A stretch of 63,889 nt of DNA, counting the filler, from Platydemus manokwari (lineage: Eukaryota), in assembly GCA_037951405.1 (NCBI GenBank). It is 6 parts of 6 records of this genome, joined end to end, with 100 filler letters (N's around TTAATTAATTAA, not from the genome) between each part and the next. Parts side by side here need not be neighbours in the genome. Positions count along the whole stretch, not along the records: positions 53,876 to 63,889 come from JBBMOY011164102.1; 5 more parts are not named here. One strand, written 5' to 3'. Position numbers and translations under genes: made by a program. Shown here piece after piece: positions 60,101 to 63,889 of this stretch. How positions within the stretch are numbered: the stretch's first letter is position 1; each line of letters begins with the position of its first letter. Below the pieces are notes generated by a model. The model saw nothing but the letters and a program-made list of their open reading frames with translations, made no database searches and was not told the origin of the DNA.

Positions 60101-62956
60101 ATTAAATAGCGAATATCTCTTTGACAACACAAGGAGAGTAGAGACATGTCAGCCACATATGTGATCTAAGTTTGCAGGTTGAATATTTTGTTGTCATTGA
60201 GTCCAGCAATCACAGATTTAAACATCGGTGATTGTTTTGATTTTATAAATTTCTGTATTGCCGTAATTAGCAAATCAATATCTCATTCTGACATTCAATC
60301 CATCGGTTTATTCGTTTGTATTGTTCTAGTTTTTATTGGTTCTATTTTTATGATTATCCTTTTTCCAGTCATTATTTCTACATTTGCTGCAACTGTAAGT
60401 CCGTGTTCCCCTTACCACCTCCCCATTCCAGTTATATTTATATATTCCTTCTGATCACTTGAATACAAGAGTGCATTTTTAATTGGGCTTTCGATTATTT
60501 GATTCCCCACTTGTGAGGATCATTAGATGATGTTTTATCCATTTTGTTGAATTAATTTTAATGATGTGAAGACCATTTGCAAAGCTAAATTAATTCTTTT
60601 AATTATCTACTTCGCTGTCGGTGACTTTTCGTGATAGTAATTTAGAATTACTTTCATAGGAGACTTTGAATCCAAGCTTGAAATTTGGAATAGCTTTTAT
60701 ATTTTCTTTAATTGACCTATCTGATGTTTTCAATATTTCGGTTATCGATTTATTTTTTTTGGTGAATTATTTCTTCAAATATTAGAAGATTGTATATATA
60801 TTTGTGAGTGTGTGTGTGTGTGTGTGCATGAACGCCTTTGAAATGATTCTGTTTGATAATAGCAATTAATCATAGAAACAATACTGACGTTCAGAATCAA
60901 ATATAGTGTAATATCAGATTATTTTTGAATCACTTCTGTTTGGATAAATCAATACCGAGAAATTTTGGAGATTGTTTTAGTTATAAAAGAAAAAATATTA
61001 ATCGTGAAATGTGATATCGAAGTGGAATATTTCTTGAATTTTATTTATTTAATAAGAATCTAACCGGCATTGGTTGAGCCGATATTTCAGTTCGATAATT
61101 ATAATCAGAGATCGTATTTTAAAATTTTAACGGAATTTCAAGTTTTGGAGAAAATTTTCAAATGATTTTTAAATAATTCAATTTATTTTCACAAGATTTT
61201 TTATGAAATTTAATAATGTTTCTATGTTAATCTTATTCTGGATTATCACTCACACACACACTCACACACACACACACAATTTGCAACTTTAATCGAAAAA
61301 TACAAAAATAAATAAACCAACGAAACATCTAGAGCACATCTTAAAATCAGACCTTTATTTTTTGTACTTCAACAATATTTATTGAGTTTGAAAAACCAAG
61401 TGCTAGATTTTAAGGATCAAGTAAGATTAAAATAAATTTAATAAAATTAAAAAAATGAAAATTTAGTCTTTTTATGTGTCACTACTCCAGTCATGTTTCT
61501 CTTTATCTATGTATTTATTAACTTATCTCGTTGACATGTTCACCATGCGCACCAGCGATGTCTTAAAGTGCCTTTAGATGATAATTGTTTGATCATGACG
61601 TTCTATTTCTTATTTTCTAGATGTATTTGTAGTCAAAAATGTCAGAAATTCTTCGATCGAAAGTCTGTATTTACAACCATAAATTAAATTTAATTAGTTA
61701 AACATGAGTTATTATAAAAAATAATAATTAATTTAATAAATTCGATAAAATATGTTCTTCTAATGCACATAATTCGGAGAATTCGATAAAAAAAACCTTA
61801 TACTGAAGTGACAAGATGAAATGTGAATTGAAATGAAAGTGATGAGTGGACACAAAATTGTCATTACATTAAATGTAATGAAAAATCAAAAAATTAGATA
61901 ACGAAAATTGAAATAATATAAATAGAAAACCAATTGATGGAATGTTAGAAGCAGAAATAAATCTATGGCAATTCATTCCACCAAAATATAAGCGTCAATG
62001 CTAAAATTTGTGATTTCTGGATCAATTGACAACGAAGTAAATCGCTAAGTGTCACTTTGTCCTTGGATTGTTAACAAATATTCATTGTTTTTGCAATCTA
62101 AAAATATAATTGTAAATTAATTTTGTATTTATTATTTTAATTTTCATTGTTATCGTGGAATATATGTTGATTTTGCCAATACCTTAGCCATTTTAATACT
62201 ACAATATGGCTATCGTTTTTTTTATTTAAAGAATAATTTATTTACACAAAAATAGGTCAATTCCTCTACACTATTTTGGATCGATTAGAAAATTTTCATA
62301 AAAATCCTTTTCAAATCAATTTACAATTAACAACATTGATTGTTTCTCTTTTGTCATTTCCTCAACCTCTTCTTCGAAATTATTTACTGGAACCTTCAGA
62401 GTCATTTGATAATGGTATTAAATCGCTCTATGGAGTATTAAGAAGTTTGAAAGAAAAGGTCAACGAAACCAAAATTAGGTAATTAGTATTTATTTTTAAT
62501 TTAATTGATACTATTGTTTAGAATAAATATTTCAAGAGGGAATGATAATTTTTTTCAAATGTTGTGTCTAGAAGCAAAATCAAAATTGGATCGACGCTTA
62601 ACTCTTTTAGAGGAAGAAGAATTTGCAAGTGGTGAACTTATGTCTATTTGCGGAGGACTTCAAGGTTCGGAATCTGATGTCACTATTAAGTTGGCATTAA
62701 AAAGTAAGCTTTTTTAAAAAAATAATAGTTTATATTTTATATTACAGATCCTAAGAAAAATTTCAATTTACTAGAAATTCTAAGTAGAATATCGAATAGA
62801 AATGAAAATAAAAGATCTAACAAAGAAGAAATTGAATTCAACAGGCAACTGAACGCAGCCTTCGCTACAATAATATTAGATCATTTTATTCAAGAGATTG
62901 TAGCTTTTTCTAAAGAACATTCTGTCCACATGAGTTCACATTCGTACAATTTTTAG
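56870..62956 (+). CDS. FHIP1: FHF complex subunit HOOK-interacting protein 1 (FHIP1/FAM160A)-like; 5'-partial, 7 exons
   Basis: Phase-compatible exons 56870-57037, 57300-57379, 58225-58361, 58417-59358, 62256-62478, 62522-62703 and 62748-62956 (TAG). Motifs SLEEVIAATIYFDLFLRTI, TLLSFNCEDIMFELIFRHLIPC.H, GQFLYTILDRLEN...NLQLT.LI..L..FPQPLLRNYLL and NAAFATIILDHFIQEIVAFSKEH match FAM160A proteins. Confidence 0.9.
59748..59852. mobile_element. 105-bp hAT (Buster/Charlie-type) MITE with an 8-bp target-site duplication, in an FHIP1 intron
   Basis: Imperfect TIRs CAGAGGCGACCAACT / AGTTGGCCACTCCTG, flanked on both sides by ATATAGAT (59740-59747 and 59853-59860), which has the central TA typical of Buster-type targets. 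Confidence 0.85.
60803..61278. repeat. (GT)n and (CA)n microsatellites in opposite orientation in an FHIP1 intron
   Basis: TGTGAGTGTGTG... at ~60803-60826 and CACTCACACACA... at ~61247-61278. Confidence 0.8.
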
Positions 62957-63169
62957 ACTTTAGAGTGTGTATTTATTTCACTGTTTATAATATTCAATTT
63001 TCAGTTTTTGATATTTAACTTGTTAAAATTATAACTTGTTTTAATATACAAACTAATACATTGTCATAGTATTTCTCTGTTTTGAAAAGGCAGAAATTTA
63101 AATTCTAAATTTTATATTTTAATTAATATTATAAAATTATTCATTTCAGTATTCAATTTAGTTTATATT

Positions 63170-63673
63170 ATGCAAAAATATACTTCCAATAATTCAGCAA
63201 AAATTTCTTCAATGCCAATCTTTAATAATAGTAACAAAAATTCTAGATTGTTGAAAAACAAAAACGCAGAACCCAAGGTAATTACAGATGTTAAAAAAAA
63301 AGAAAATATCACTGTTTCAAATGCCATTAGTAAATCCACTAATTCGGTTGTGAATAATAAGAAGAATAAATCGACTGAAACAAGTTCACAGCCAGTGAAA
63401 TCAGAAATAAAAACTGGCAATGATGATGACATTGTTGAATTAAAATTTCAATTTCTTGATTTGTTGATGTCAAAAAAATTTGAAGAATCAAAAGTTTTAT
63501 GTGACAAAATACTGGCTGAGGAACCAACTAATGAAATAGCTTTGGAATTTAAATCGACGATAGATGAAATGGTGAAGCTCAAATTAGAAAATGTTGATCT
63601 CGACAGCAGTTCAGATGAATCAAGTGACATTGATTCATCCGATGAAACCAGTTCCAGTACGACATCACCGTGA
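63170..63673 (+). CDS. ERICH2: Glutamate-rich protein 2 (ERICH2)-like, 167 aa, single ORF
   Basis: ELKFQFLDLLMSKKFEESKVLCDKILAEEPTNEIALEFKSTIDEM plus an acidic Ser/Asp tail matches the ERICH2 core as recalled (EL.AEFL.A.M...Y..A..LC..IL..EP.N..A.EF...I.E). Confidence 0.78.
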   Translation: MQKYTSNNSAKISSMPIFNNSNKNSRLLKNKNAEPKVITDVKKKENITVSNAISKSTNSVVNNKKNKSTETSSQPVKSEIKTGNDDDIVELKFQFLDLLMSKKFEESKVLCDKILAEEPTNEIALEFKSTIDEMVKLKLENVDLDSSSDESSDIDSSDETSSSTTSP

Positions 63674-63812
63674 TAATTATTATTATTGAATTGAAAACTT
63701 GTAAATAATATGTTTTGTGTTTTTTTATTGAAATTTTTTGGAATTCTTATTCAAATAGATCGTTACTATTAGCAACGAGCTTTTCGGAAATTTATAGTTT
63801 ATTGCTCTAATA

Positions 63813-63873
<61 letters not shown>

Positions 63874-63889
63874 ATTATTATTATTATTA
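63813..63889. repeat. (ATT)n microsatellite
   Basis: Near-perfect ATT run reaching the window end. Confidence 0.95.

Noticed and set aside
63163-63630. Three minus-strand ORFs overlapping the ERICH2-like gene
   Set aside because: Antisense shadows of a real CDS; the same applies to 14570-14755, 45077-45259 and 46027-46245.

Overview
AT-rich eukaryotic (animal) genomic DNA, most likely from a planarian flatworm. That assignment is an inference from the very high AT content, the 43-55 bp mini-introns, the (AAT)n microsatellites and the mariner elements. The window is not contiguous: it is six contigs of about 9-14 kb joined by identical 100-bp artificial spacers (44 N + TTAATTAATTAA + 44 N). 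Manual GT-AG splicing with exon-phase checking gives seven protein-coding loci: the C-terminal half of an MFSD8/CLN7-like transporter (+); a complete two-finger C2H2 zinc-finger gene with an unnamed N-terminal domain (-); the central and C-terminal part of an O-GlcNAcase (+); the last exon of a G-alpha(o) subunit (+, missed by the ORF track); the C-terminal two thirds of a divergent UDP-glucose pyrophosphorylase (+); the C-terminal part of an FHIP1/FAM160A-like gene (+); and a single-ORF ERICH2-like gene 213 bp downstream of it (+). Introns and intergenic DNA hold decayed mariner, hAT, Gypsy-integrase and LINE fragments, a small hAT MITE with a perfect 8-bp TSD, and several foldback repeats. 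No novel multi-gene system can be supported, because adjacency across the spacers is not established. The best leads are the UGP paralog with an altered sugar-binding site, the FHIP1-ERICH2 candidate dicistronic locus, the unnamed N-terminal domain of the zinc-finger protein, and a block of three overlapping unidentified ORFs at 10665-11436.
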